From: Octopus sinensis
Taxonomy: Eukaryota
Direction: 5' to 3'
Assembly: GCF_006345805.1 (NCBI RefSeq)
Contig: NC_043013.1
Coordinates: 17,918,001 to 17,982,000 of the forward strand
Length of the DNA: 64,000 nucleotides
A program made the position numbers and the translations under genes. Under the pieces are notes generated by a model that did no database searches, was not told where the DNA came from, and saw only the letters and a program-made list of their open reading frames with translations. Below, piece after piece: positions 1 through 12,129 of the stretch. Positions within the stretch are counted from its first letter, which is position 1; each line of letters starts with the position of its first letter.

Positions 1-1
1 G

Positions 2-602
2 AGTGAAAATTTAGAAACTGTTTCTTTCGGTGATTTTTCTGAAGAAACTGGACCAAGCCACAGACTTTCCCAGGAGAGTAAAGCCTTAGACTATTTCTTT
101 TTACTTTTTCGAATGAGCCTATTTGAAATCATTATGGCGGAAATGAACCGTTACGCTAAATGTAAACAAAGCGAAAGAAAGGATAGTTAGTGGTTTCCTG
201 CAACCTTAAATGAAATTAAGGCCTATTTTGCCATAAATATTATGGGTATCAGAAAGTTACCCAGAATAACAAATTCTATCGTAAAATTTTGTTGTATACC
301 CAATTGAATATTAGCTAATAACACATTTTCTATAGCGATGTTTGAACAAAATTTTAATAATTTTATATTTTGTTGAATTTACCTGTATCTACCTGCAATT
401 AGAGTCACTTTGTGACAAAAATTACAGTATAGAATTGGTTGAGAACATTTCATTAAATTATCTTCCAAAAATCCCATTAATATATTGATAAATAAAAAAG
501 TTATAGTTGTTTAATGAAACCAAACTAAATTTATGATTATGTTAGAAATTAATTGAAACACATAAGGGGTGTATTTTGGTCAGAAATATAGTAATGAAAG
601 GG
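2..602 (+). mobile_element. piggyBac-family DNA transposon remnant (internally deleted; right end with TTAA target)
   Basis: Frame 2 (about 2-275) reads ...SKALDYFFLLFRMSLFEIIMAEMNRYAK...*WFPATLNEIKAYFAINIMGIRKLPRI, resembling the N-terminal part of piggyBac/PGBD transposases, with one stop. The element ends GTAATGAAAGGG followed by TTAA at 603-606. Confidence 0.8.
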
Positions 603-689
603 TTAATGTTGCCATCAACAGACCAGCTAACTACCATAGATCTACTTAGCCAAGATTACAAGCAATAATAATATTGCTGGTGTTTTCAC

Positions 690-1030
690 TCAAATAAACA
701 GAAGCAAGCAGCTGAAATGGGGTTTCTTTGAGGGGTCTCTGGAGTAACATTATTTGACAGGATGCATAGCTTGGAGATTAGGGAGCCTCTCTGGGTCAAG
801 CCACTCCATATTGAGAGGTCATGGTTGTGGTACTTTGGACATGTGATTAGAATGTCCCAGGAAAGAATTGCAAGATGGATTCTTCAAGCCAACTGGCAGA
901 AGACCTAGGTGTAGGTTAAGGACAAGATGATTGGATAGTCTCAGTTGGTTGCACTTGGGAATCCAGCCAGAAAATCTTATGATGGTTGTTTCTGATAGGA
1001 CCCTATGGAGGAGGAACTCAAGAACTCTCC
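690..1030 (+). mobile_element. RTE-clade LINE 3' fragment
   Basis: Degenerate translation ...LWYFGHVIRMSQERIARWILQAN..RRPRCRLRTRW resembles the RTE C-terminus. Confidence 0.55.
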
Positions 1031-2082
1031 ACAACTTTCCTAGGAGAAGATGGATGAATGGATAGATGGAATAAGGTTCCTGGGTTATTTACAGACATTT
1101 GTTTCTTAAGGGAGTGAGAACTGGCCTTTGTACTGGGTCATAGGGGTGAAACATTGTCCTTATACTGATTGTTTTCCTTGGTGGTAGTGATTTGCTCAAC
1201 ATTGATTACATTTTATGCAGAGAGAGAAAAGTTTTCTCCTACTATATAGTTGGGGAATGCCAGAAATTCTTATATAGGCATTAAGATAGGAAATGATAGC
1301 ATTACAGCTTGTAGGAATTAGTTCAAATCTTGTCTAAGTCAACTTTATCTTTTATACTTCTGGGGCTAATACAACAAAGCTCCAGTCAAGTATTGAAACC
1401 TCTCCCCTTAGTGTTGTTATTATTTCTTACCCAGGTTGGTGGATTGGTTGAATCATTAAACTGTTAGAAAAATGCCTTAAAATACATTTTTCACCTCTTT
1501 ACATTTTGAGTTCAAATCTTGCTGAGGTCATCTTAGCCTTTCACCCTCCCAGAGTTGATAAAGCAAATTACTGGTCAAGTCAGTCATATCAACTAACCCT
1601 GCTCTCCCCAAAATTGCTGGCGTTGTGCCTAAATCAGAAACAGTTTTAATCCATGTTAGAATGGAAAAGGGGGAGTGAAATGAATGGAAGGTGGTGGTTA
1701 GCTGAGTTGGTAGAGTTCTGGAAGAAATATTTGTGGTTTTTCTTTCAGCTTTCTTCATTCTCGGTTCAAATCCCTCCTTCAGTCAACTTCACGTTTCATC
1801 CCCCTTGGGCTGCTGATATCAATTAAGTCTCTCCTCTCAAATTTGCTGGCCTTGTGATGGATTCACATGAGTTGTTAGATAGTCACACAAATTGCCTTGT
1901 GATATTTCTTCCGGCTCATGTTCAGGGTTCAAATCCCACTGATGTCAACTTTGTCTTTTGTGGGGTTTTTTTCAAGGTCAATAAAATAAAGTACCAGTTG
2001 GGTACCTGGATTGAGTTAACTAACCTCCTCTTCATAAAATTGTTAGCCTTGTGCCTCAGTCAGAAATAATAATTTTTTTTTG

Positions 2083-2098
2083 CCTTAACCAATTGAAG
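2083..2098 (+). other. U12-type (minor spliceosome) branch site and 3' splice site
   Basis: CCTTAAC at 2083-2089, then CAATTGAAG with AG at 2097-2098. There is no polypyrimidine tract between branch site and AG. Confidence 0.85.
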
Positions 2099-2190
2099 AT
2101 ATCTATTCCATGACAGCCGTACGCCAAGAGAAATTTCTAGATGAATTTGATGCGCTCCCAAATAGTCAAAAGAAAGAACCTGCTTCTTAG
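2099..2190 (+). CDS. COA3: Cytochrome c oxidase assembly factor 3 (CCDC56), final coding exon; upstream exon lies outside the window
   Basis: Phase-1 exon reads (Y)IYSMTAVRQEKFLDEFDALPNSQKKEPAS*. It aligns without gaps to the recalled human YGYTFYSISQERFLDELE and fly YGYSIFSVQQEKFLDDFE. Confidence 0.85.
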
Positions 2191-3341
2191 TAACAAGAGA
2201 AAAAAACATGAATTTTTATTATTTGTACAAATAGTGATTATCATTATTATTGTTTTCATTATGCTTTAAAAAACTGGAATTAAAACTTTAAATTATTTAT
2301 TATGAATTATCTGAATTTTTTGGGAGGAGTGGTGCTTTCTTTTTTTTACAGGCATAGCTGTGAGATTTAAAAGACCACTTTGAAGTTGCAGGTTTTGGAT
2401 TTAATCCCACTGTGTGGAATTTTAGGTTTGTCTTTTGCTATAACTCTAAGCAGGCCAATATCTTCTGAGTAAATTTGATTGATGGAAACTGTATAGAAGC
2501 CCAGTATATTTGTGTGTGTATCTGTGTTTGTCTGTCAGTATCTTGTTTTTACACAACACTGTTTGGCAACTTCTGTTAATTGTTTTACATCCCTGTAACT
2601 CAGTGGTCTGGAAAATTAGTAATAAAATAAATACTGGGCTTAAAACATTAGTACTGAGGTTGATTTGACTGACTAAGGCCTCTAAGGTGCTGTCCCAACA
2701 TGACCACTGTGTAATGACTGGAACCAGTAAAAAGTAATGAAAAAATTCTTTTATGTCACAAAATGTATTGTTTAAACTTCTTTCTGCTGTTGAGCCTGCC
2801 TTAGTGGTTCATTTTATAGAAGACATCCAGAAAATTGTACACCAATTTGAATATGTGGCATTAGCATCTGGCTTGTCAATAAATTTTAAAAAAAAACAGT
2901 GCAGTCTTGTACCAACCTAAACCCAGAGCATAGGAACATAAACCTCTGACCATGATGACTGCAAATCAGCCACTGAGCATGGTTGAAATGTGCGCATATT
3001 TGAGTTGCGTAATATTTGATGACAACAGTCTGAAAATGATGAAGGATTTATTTCATTTTTAAATGGATATATTCTTGATATTGTTTAATTTTGACTTGTC
3101 TGATGCTACCATGTATATACAAAGGGTGATGTGATTCTGAAGCTTTTCAAATACATTTTGCAGCTGAGGTTCAGTTATGGCCTGAAACACATTCATCACC
3201 CTAACCAGGGAACCATATATATATAGAATGAGGCTATGTTGAATAATCAGTAGTTTGTATTCCTGGAATATTAGGCTATGAGAAAATGGAGGAGAGATGA
3301 AGTAGAAATCAAAAGTATTGAAATAGCTAAAAAAAATCATA

Positions 3342-3714
3342 GGCGCAGGAGTGGCTGTGTGGTAAGTAGCTTGTTTACCAACCACATGGTTCCGGGTTCA
3401 GTCCCACTGCGTGGCACCTTGGGCAAGTGTCTTCTACTATAGCCTCGGGCCGACCGAAGCCTTGTGAGTGGATTTGGTAGACGGAAACTGAAAGAAGCCC
3501 GTCATATATATGTACATATATATATGCGTGTGTGTGTTTCTCTGTCTGTTTGTCCCTCTAGCATTGCTTGACAACCGATGCTGGTGTGTTTATGTCCCCG
3601 TTACTTAGCGGTTCGGCAAAAGAGACCGATAGAATAAGTCCCTGGGTCGAGTTGCTCGATTAAAGGCGGTGCTCCAGCATGGCCGCAGTCAAATGACTGA
3701 AACAAGTAAAAGAG
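3342..3714 (+). mobile_element. tRNA-derived CORE-type SINE (family A), full-length copy; further copies at about 2350-2735, 10080-10385, 35122-35497, 54220-54590
   Basis: Pol III A-box-like TGGCTGTGTGG, B-box-like GGTTCAGTCCC, CORE-like CACCTTGGGCAAGTG, an internal (TA/TG)n tract and the tail GACTGAAACAAGTAAAAGA. Many near-identical copies occur in the window. Confidence 0.85.
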
Positions 3715-4224
3715 TATCTTATGCGGGTTGTGTGGTAAGAAGTTTGCTTCCCAACCACATGGTTCTGGGTTCAGTCCCACTGTGTGGCACCATGGGCAAG
3801 TGTTGTCTACTATGGCTTCAGGCCGACCAATGTCTTGTGAGTAAATTTGATTGATGGGAACCGAAAGAATCCTGTCATATATATCATCATCATCATCCAG
3901 TGTTTTAAATCCGGATTTTGTCCCCGTTAACGGGAGTGGCCAGATCTACCTCAATGCCATAGCAACCTTTGGGCTGGCTGGTGCCCATTCTCCTTGCTAT
4001 CATGAGGCTTTTTTGGAGCTGGATTTTCTACAGGGAGCATGCCCTTGCTTACCTCCAACCTCAGTTTCTAGACATGAGTGGTCCTGAAACCAAAGCCTCT
4101 ACCACAATTTTTAAGAAATATAGTGGAAAACTAGTTCAGGAAGGTAGAGACCCCCTTATATACATAAGGAAGATTCAGTTGAATTAGGTACTTAAATTGA
4201 GGCACCTCATTAGTTTAGAATAAT

Positions 4225-5446
4225 ATACACACTTTGATAAAGTCGATCATGGAATGCTATGTCATAAAGTGCGTGATCTTGGCATAGTTGGAAAATTGGG
4301 AGAGTGGCTTCATGACTTTCTGAAGGATAGAAGTCAGGTGGTAGTAGCCAATGGGGCCACTTCCACTAACACGCAAATAGTGAGCGGTGTTCCGCAGGGC
4401 ACTGTTTTGGGACCACTACTGTTCATAATGGCCCTCCCAGACATGCCCTCAGCCACGATCACAAGTTATGCAGATGATACAAAAGTTTCACTGGCAATAC
4501 AGAACCCTGAAGACACTAAGCACCTGCAATGTGAGCTGGACAAAATATACAAGTGGGCTGAAAAGAATAGCATGCAGTTCAATGCTGAAAAGTTTCAAGC
4601 TCTATGCTATCAGCACGCAAAACTAAATGCAATACCCAATAAATACACTGGACCTGGAGGGACTGCAATCCCAGAGGCACAATCAGTGCGAGACCTGGGT
4701 ATTTACATGAGTGATGATGCAACCTTTCATGTGCATGTTGCTAAATTGGCAATGAAATGTAGGCAGCTGACCGGATGGATTCTTAGAACCTTCAAAACAA
4801 GAGACCAGGAAACCATGATGGTCCTCTGGAGGACACTTGTCCTAAGCCACTTTGACTATTGCTCTCAGCTATGGTCACCATCCAGTGTCAAGTTAATCAC
4901 AGAACTTGAGGCGATCCAACGAAGAAGATAGCCTCTGTGCAGCATATAAGCTATTGGGAAAGACTCAAGAGATTGAGACCCTATTCCTTAGAGTGTAGGC
5001 GAGAAAGATATGCCATAATATACATCTGGAAGATCCTAGAAGGACTTGTCCCAAACTTTGGCATCGAGAGTTACACAAATGCCAGAACTGGGCGCCACTG
5101 CATAGTGCCAAGGACTCCAAATTTGCCATCAAGATGTAGGACAAGATACTGTGATAGCCTGGGCTTCCAAGGCCCATAGCTCTTCAATATCCTCCCAAAG
5201 AACCTAAGAGACTTGCATGGGGTGGATGCAGATGTCTTTAAAATGAAACTGGATCTCTTCTTGTCAGGTATCCCAGATGAACCAACTTTACGGCAGGAGG
5301 TGCAGATGAGAGCAGCTGCATCGAACTCTCTCATGCACCAAATGGCAATTGCTAAAAAGCATTCATGAAGTAAAATCATGTTGCAACACCAAATGGCGGT
5401 GCCCCAACATGGCCACAGCTTGTGAGCTGAAACTAGATAAATAAAG
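4225..5446 (+). mobile_element. CR1/L2-group LINE, 5'-truncated (reverse transcriptase and 3' end)
   Basis: ORFs 4254-4931 and 4937-5179 carry GVPQGTVLGPLLF, YADDTK and RRERYAIIYIWKI, broken by stops. The element ends in an A-rich tail TAGATAAATAAA. Confidence 0.9.
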
Positions 5447-5649
5447 AACACAACAATATTATGTTAAATATCAAACTTGGCACATAAGTACTAGTTGGAT
5501 GATATTCATACAGTGTATGTAAGACTATTAGACCCAGCTGAGTAAAGAAATCTGTTCTTGAGCTATTCAGATATATACATTATAATATTAAATATACAGT
5601 CCATAATATTTATGAAGAGCAGATTCTGAGACAGGTGAATAAAATATAA

Positions 5650-5999
5650 ATGAGTACCAGTAGAGGTACAGGTGTCAATCTATTATGGCTGCTTCTAATG
5701 ACGCCTTTAATTGATTAATGAAAGCATTACATCCTTATAAAGAAACCGTTTTCGTCAGATGAATTCATGAACTTCAAAATGATTTAACATAGTTTAAAAC
5801 TGTCAACCGAAACAGTAGCAGAATCACTGTAAATGTTTTGCACCATGGATTCTAAACTATGTTAAATCATTTTGAAGTTCGTGAATTCATCTGACGAAAA
5901 TGGTTTCTTTATAATGATATAATGTTTTCATTAACCAGTTACAAGAGTCATTAGAAATGGGAGTAATGGATTGACACCTGTACCTCTACTGTTACTCAT
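5650..5999. repeat. Foldback palindrome / MITE-like element
   Basis: Left arm begins ATGAGTACCAGTAGAGGTACAGGTGTCAAT and the right arm ends ATTGACACCTGTACCTCTACTGTTACTCAT. Arms are about 140 bp around a spacer of roughly 55-70 bp. Confidence 0.9.
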
Positions 6000-6009
6000 C
6001 TGAAGCTAG

Positions 6010-6400
6010 TATGATTCACTGGTTGTGTAATGTCAGTGTGCACACATGACAGAGTGCAAGCACCCTGAGAGAAATGTTGGATATAAAAAGCATCAAATGT
6101 GATGTACAAGTGAGACGACTGGCGCTTGTATGGTCATGTGCTGTGTATGGATGAGGAGAGCTGTGTGAAGAAGTGTCACACCCTAACAGTGGAAGAGAGA
6201 GACCCAGGTGGAGAAGCACGTCCTTTGAATGCTGGCTCTCACAGAGGCAATGATGAGACTGAGACCATTGGAGATATGCTGTGATTGAGAAAACCCGGCA
6301 AATAAAGTGAGATCACAGCCGTAGCCTATAGCAGTGTTGCATAACCAGCCCATTTAAAAGTATCCTTGAATCATCGGGCAATATGCTACACTTGAGAAGA
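6010..6400 (+). mobile_element. RTE-clade LINE 3' end fragment
   Basis: Homologous to the RTE 3' segment at 31040-31370 (WLCNVSVH...LREMLDIK...CVKKC), degenerate. Confidence 0.7.
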
Positions 6401-7830
6401 CCTATAGAGTCAAGTAAAAGTAAAAGTAAAATCAAAGAAAAAAGAAGTACAGAGTTTTCTGAAGAAGCTAGAGGGCTGGAGGGAGGGGGTCCTGTCCTGG
6501 CCTGAAGACCCAGATTGGCCTCCACAGATAACTGCAGAGGTCATAATGGAGGATGATATGTTCAGAGTGATGGATTCCCTTCCCAAGGACAAATACAGTT
6601 TTGCTTTCTGGAGCCCCAACTTAGAACTGCAGGAGACATATTGCCTGGTCGGGAAGGAAAGGTAAGAAGCCTTAGTGCCTCATTTGAAATTTGAATTTGT
6701 TATTTTTGGTCAGAGGCTCAGCGCCTCAACTTGTAAGGACGATTGCATCCATTCTTTGAACTTTGGTAAGAGGTATAATACCTAATTTTGTGTTGAGAAA
6801 AAGAGAACAATATTTTCCGGAAGCAGCAATCAGCGGGCATTGTCTGCTTCCCCCACCAACCATCTTTTCGTTTTTTTCATTCCATTATCATTTGTGCCTT
6901 TGTTCAGCCTGCAGCTACATCTTTGTAAGGCTGTACGGCCAATTTATGAAATAAAGTAGTCTCCTTCGTTTCCAATTTCTTGTAAAAACATAACTAGCAA
7001 TGGAGAAATATTACCTTGCTGGGAAGTTGGTGTGGTTTGGTGACAGAAAGGGCATCAGGCTGCAAAAAATCTACCTCAAATTCTGCCTGCCCATGTGAAT
7101 GCGGAAAAGCAAATATTAAAACAATGATAAGTGATGAGATTCAAGCGTTTCTTTTTTTTTACAGAATATTTCATAGCAACATTATAATTCCTTTTTGTAT
7201 ATTGTGAAAATGATTTCATCTTCAATATGAAAGCCTCAGCTGGCTTTATTTTATGAAATAAAAATTTGATTATTATTGTATATTTTACAAGTGGTGTGGA
7301 TTGAAAAAGGAGTATACCAGAAGGGAGATAACTAACCTCACTGGCATCTATTTTGTATTATAATATAAATTTTATCCACCATAAAAGTCTTAGTGAAATA
7401 CAATTAACTTTGATTTTTTTTTAAATCCCATTATTCTTCTAAACTAAAAGAACCATTTATTTGCCCTGAATGAGCAGACCTATGACCAAAGATATTCCAA
7501 CTATGATTGCTCAATCTGTTTTTATATTTAAGACCACAATGTCCTGTGTATCCTATTTTTAAGAAGGGTGTGATTTCAGGGAGATTTAGCTGCTATTTCA
7601 AATAGATTAAGTCATTATATAGAAGCTCCCTCATATGATCTGTTCCCATCTCAAGGAATATGGTACTTCCTATCATTTCAGTTAAAAACCATTAAGAAAG
7701 TTTTAAAGAATTAATATTTCATCTATGACAAAAGAATTGTTTCGAAAATGGTTAAATTCCTGAAAATTGGTAGGAAGTTCCAGCCCACAAATGGACTTGG
7801 AAAAATTGAAACATCATCAAAAATATTAGC

Positions 7831-7923
7831 TAATATCAATCCTGATAATATCAATCCTGATAAACTAAACCAATAAGCAAAGAAAATCTTGATAAACTAA
7901 ACCAATAAGCAAAGAAAATCTTG
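7831..7923. repeat. Adjacent short tandem duplications (15 bp x2, then 32 bp x2)
   Basis: TAATATCAATCCTGA at 7831 and 7846; TAAACTAAACCAATAAGCAAAGAAAATCTTG at 7861 and 7893. Confidence 0.9.
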
Positions 7924-8049
7924 CCATGACCATCTCTTCATTTTGTATGCCCTGATAGCATTATCCATAAAAAATCTCTTTTACTCTTTTGTTTCAGTCA
8001 TTTGACTGCAGCCATGCTAGAGCACCGCCTTTAATCGAGCAAATCGACC

Positions 8050-8552
8050 TTGTGTCCATGAGCTGAGCAGTGATGAGCAATCAAACCAGTGGAGATTGTG
8101 GCTCGTTGATTTTTGTTGTCACTTAAAGCATGCGGAACCCATGCTCAATAATTCTGAACCAGTGTGGGAGCATTCCATTTTCTCTGCCAGTTCCCTTGTC
8201 GTTTGATGAGAATTTTCATGCAAAAGTTGGTGTAATCGCTCTTCATCGAACTCAACTGCGTCTTTGAGGTAAAAATTACCATTTTTGAACTTGGCATACC
8301 AATCACGAGCGGTTCTTTCAGCTATGGCACCCTCTCCATACACAGCACAAATGTTGCAAGCAGCTTTTGCGGCCTTAGAACCTTGATTAAAAGCGAAAAG
8401 AAAGAGGTGACATTCCATTTTAATGATCTGAAAATAAACAAAAATTAACTAGTAAAAAAAAAAAGATTCAAAATGATTCAAAAATAGATTCTTGAAAAAA
8501 ATAGATTCCAAAATTTAAAAAAAATGGCGGAAACTTAGTTGCCAACCCAGTA
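8050..8552 (-). mobile_element. Mariner transposon 5' fragment
   Basis: ORF 8119-8418 encodes a Mos1-like HTH region (FAFNQGSKAAKAACNICAVYGEGAIAERTARDWYAKFKNG...TTRELAEKM). A terminus TA+CTGGGTTGGCAACTAAGTTTCCGCC is present at 8552-8526. Confidence 0.85.
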
Positions 8553-9840
8553 TATCAATTAAATTTTCCTCAAGCTAAATTTTACAGTCATATTGAGAAA
8601 GAAAAAAGACATATTGTGTAATGTGGTTGTAGATACATTATGGCTGTGAAAATGGCACTGGAAGACTGGTGATCATAGGTCTGCTAGTTCAGGGCTGACC
8701 CAGAGATACACAACATTAATGGAAAAATCAGAGTTTAACTCTTGGTGCTAACTCACCTGAAACTGCTTCTGGTTGTAAGACACCAACTTTGTGTTTTAAA
8801 GTGTTTAAGTTAAAACCTTCTACCAAAGTTTCATGCTTATTTATGTCCCAAACACCAGTTTAATAATGACAAAGTTGGTTTATTAAATTTTTCATTGTTT
8901 TCAAAATTAATATGCTAACATAAGCATTAAAAACAAAACCAATTAGGATTTAAAAATATTAATCTTTTTATTGACAAGATTCTCCTTTATATAAATGACT
9001 TGATAGATACATGAAAAAACTCAACTAAAAGTATAAAAATACAAAGAGATAAAAACTATTGTTATATAGAAAAATAAGTGAAATATAAATGTCTTGGGGT
9101 TTCAAACAATATCATCTTGCTTTGACTCACTTTTAAAATTCCATCAATTTATATGACATGGAAAGAAATTTGTTTGGATATATTTTTAAAACACTTTTCA
9201 ATTATTTATATGTATAGCTTTTGGGGTTTTTATTTTTTTGTGATTAAAAAAATTTTTAATTGGTTATTTATTTCTACAGGAAAAATTTGAATAATATATC
9301 TTTTTAATATTTTTTTTTACCATAAATAATTAAAAATGAGAGTAGTGATAGCGAATCATCAGCTGTTTCTTAATTAATTAACTGTATTAATATGTGAACT
9401 GGGTTTTCTTTCTCCTGTTTGTACAGCCTAACATTTGTGTGTAATTTACCATCTTTTTAGGTATCATACCTTACAGGAACCAATGAACATATCCTGACCC
9501 CTATAGAACTATGTGTTCACCCTTTCTATGTTCAATTATCATCAACCCACACCAGCCTCTTTGGGAGCCTTCATCTCATCATCTTTTTTGGTATGCATAT
9601 AAGGTTATGAGCACACATGATTGTATGAATGTATGTATGTGTATTGTATGTATATATGTGTGTGTGTGTGTGTGTGTGTATGAATGAATGCACACATACA
9701 CACACACACAGAGAAATGTATAGAAAGAGTGGAGGTACACAGTGAAATGATTAGGCAACTGAATTTATGATTGTCAGCTCATAGGTTCAGTTCTCAGACT
9801 AGTAGTAAATTGTACCCTTAAGCATCATGTTAAATGATGA

Positions 9841-9883
<43 letters not shown>

Positions 9884-11191
9884 TCATCATCATTTAACAT
9901 CCATTGTCCATGCTGGCATGGGTTGGATGGTTTGACCAGGGCTGGCAAGCTGAAGGGCTGCACCAGACCCCAATCTCATTTGGCATGTTTCTATGGCTGG
10001 ATGCCCTTCCTGACACCAACTATATATATATATATATATATATATACAGACAGACAGACAGATAGATAGGTAGATAGATAGCATAGCACCTTGGGCAAGT
10101 GTCTGCTACTATAGTCTCGGGCCAACCAAAGCCTTGTGAGTGGATACGGTAGATGGAAACTGGAAGAAGCCCATCATATATATGTATGTGTGTGTGTTTG
10201 TCCCCCAACATCGCTTGACAGCTGATGCTGGTGTGTTTACGTCCTTGTAACTTAGTGGTTCGGCAAAAGAGACCGATAGAATAAGTACTGGGCTTACAAA
10301 GAATAAGTTCTGGGATCGACTTGCTTGACTAAATGTGGTGTTCCAGCATGGCCACAGTCAAATGACTGAAACAAGTAAAAGAGATAGATAGATGTGTCTG
10401 TGGTGGTTAGTGTGTATATATATGTATGTATATGTTGTTTATACATCATGTAGATGTCCTGTTAGACAGACCCATCATGTCATGTCAACAGGGTATAATC
10501 AGGATTTTGGTACTGACATTCCAACAGGAACATTCTAAATCATTGGTGCCAAATATTGATGATACAGTATTTAATGATTTGATTTAATCAAGTTTATTTG
10601 GTGACCATCACAAAAAGAAAAAGAAAAAACAAAGAAAAAAGTGCAGTTTTGTCGTTTAGCTCAGGTCAACCCTGATCAAGTAAACTTATGACCCAAGGTA
10701 TTCTACCTTTTGTCTTATTGAAATATAATTTATTTCTGAAGACATTAGGGTATTTGAAGCTGACCTGGCTGATGATGATGATGATGATGATGAAAAATTA
10801 CAAAGTGTCTTATAGGAAAGTTTATAACACAAACTGGAATGTTTCAAAATTTAATAATAAAAATATAATTTTACTTCACAAAAGAATTTAGTATATTATT
10901 AATGTTTGTAATTATCATAATTAGAATAGTAAAAAAATAAAAACAAAAATTACTATTTTTAATTAAATTAAAATATTTCTAATGTAAAAATGTCAACATT
11001 TAGGTAATGTCAATGAATATGATTTCAATGTCATCAGAACCAGATTTGAGGTAAGATTTGGAGGACAGAAAAGAGAAGAGGAAGAAGCTACACTGTAACG
11101 GCTGGTTACGTTTGATGAATTGATTGCAATACCTGGTCTTAATTCCATTTAGGAAACTTGTCAGTGGAATTCTTTTAGTGCAGGGTACATA

Positions 11192-11222
<31 letters not shown>

Positions 11223-11263
11223 ATATATGTGTGTGTGTATATGTATGTATGTGTATATGTATG

Positions 11264-11360
<97 letters not shown>

Positions 11361-11515
11361 CTGCTAAATAAAAATAACATTATAAACAAGCAGATATATC
11401 AAGTAAATAGGAAGTGTGTATGTGCGTGAATAAGGCATATATAAATAAATATATATATATCTCATCAGTAGATCATATATCCAAGAAAGAACCACACTCT
11501 AAAGGACACAGCAGT

Positions 11516-11546
<31 letters not shown>

Positions 11547-11879
11547 TCTATAGCTTTGTCTACTTTGAGTTCTACTGTGAAAACAATTCTTTCGTATCAT
11601 TTGATGTTTCTAATAAAAATTCTTATAATAATAATACACACATACACACACACATTATTTCTTTGATGCTAAGCCATTACTCTATCATTACTACAAATTG
11701 AATGAAGTCTCAGGTTTAATGAGTTATATATACATATGTATAACTAGGCTACTTTTTCCTGTGTATATACGCATGCATACACACACGCTTGAATGTATAT
11801 AGATATGTATTGTTCATGAGGAAGGGAATAGGGGAAGGTCTTCTCTTTCTTTCTGTCCTAGTTCCACAAGAGATTCATC

Positions 11880-12040
11880 TTAATCAACATAAGGTACGGT
11901 ACTCCAGATTAACAGTGCCGCAATCAGAAGCAGCAAAATAGTTGTACATATTAATCCGCTAAGGGCCACTCCATAGGCGTAGGTGCCACACAATGCTGCC
12001 TTCCTGTATTTACACCTGTGGAAATATGCTCGGGATTTTT
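11880..12040 (-). CDS. CD225/dispanin-family protein, final coding exon
   Basis: Acceptor TTTTTGTTCTCAG, phase-1 exon of 161 nt: (E)KSRAYFHRCKYRKAALCGTYAYGVALSGLICTTILLLLIAALLIWSTVPYVD*. It joins in frame to the 14785 exon and ends in a C-terminal transmembrane helix. Confidence 0.8.
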
Positions 12041-12129
12041 CTGAGAACAAAAACGAAAGACAACTTTAGAAAAACATTTATATTTTATCCATAATAAGTA
12101 TTATTAAATACGATGGCTTTTCTTCCGAA

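Noticed and set aside
3059-3385. 108-aa minus-strand ORF with a helical-looking segment (VMNVFQAITEPQLQNVFEKLQNH)
   Set aside because: It starts inside a SINE head. I found no recognisable homology and no phase-compatible partner exons.
3342-3420. tRNA-like sequence with A and B boxes
   Set aside because: This is the head of a SINE. It has no complete cloverleaf and continues into the SINE body. No true tRNA or rRNA gene was seen.
6360-6367. GTATCCTT on the plus strand
   Set aside because: It lies within an RTE 3' tail with no upstream exon.
6430-6670. Possible L1/Tx1 RT fragment (ITAEVIMEDDMFRVMDSLPKDK)
   Set aside because: The resemblance is too short and degenerate to call.
11000-11429. 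ORFs rich in YIYI/CVCV/HTHT (also near 9827, 19936, 46967 and 61409)
   Set aside because: They are translations of dinucleotide microsatellites.
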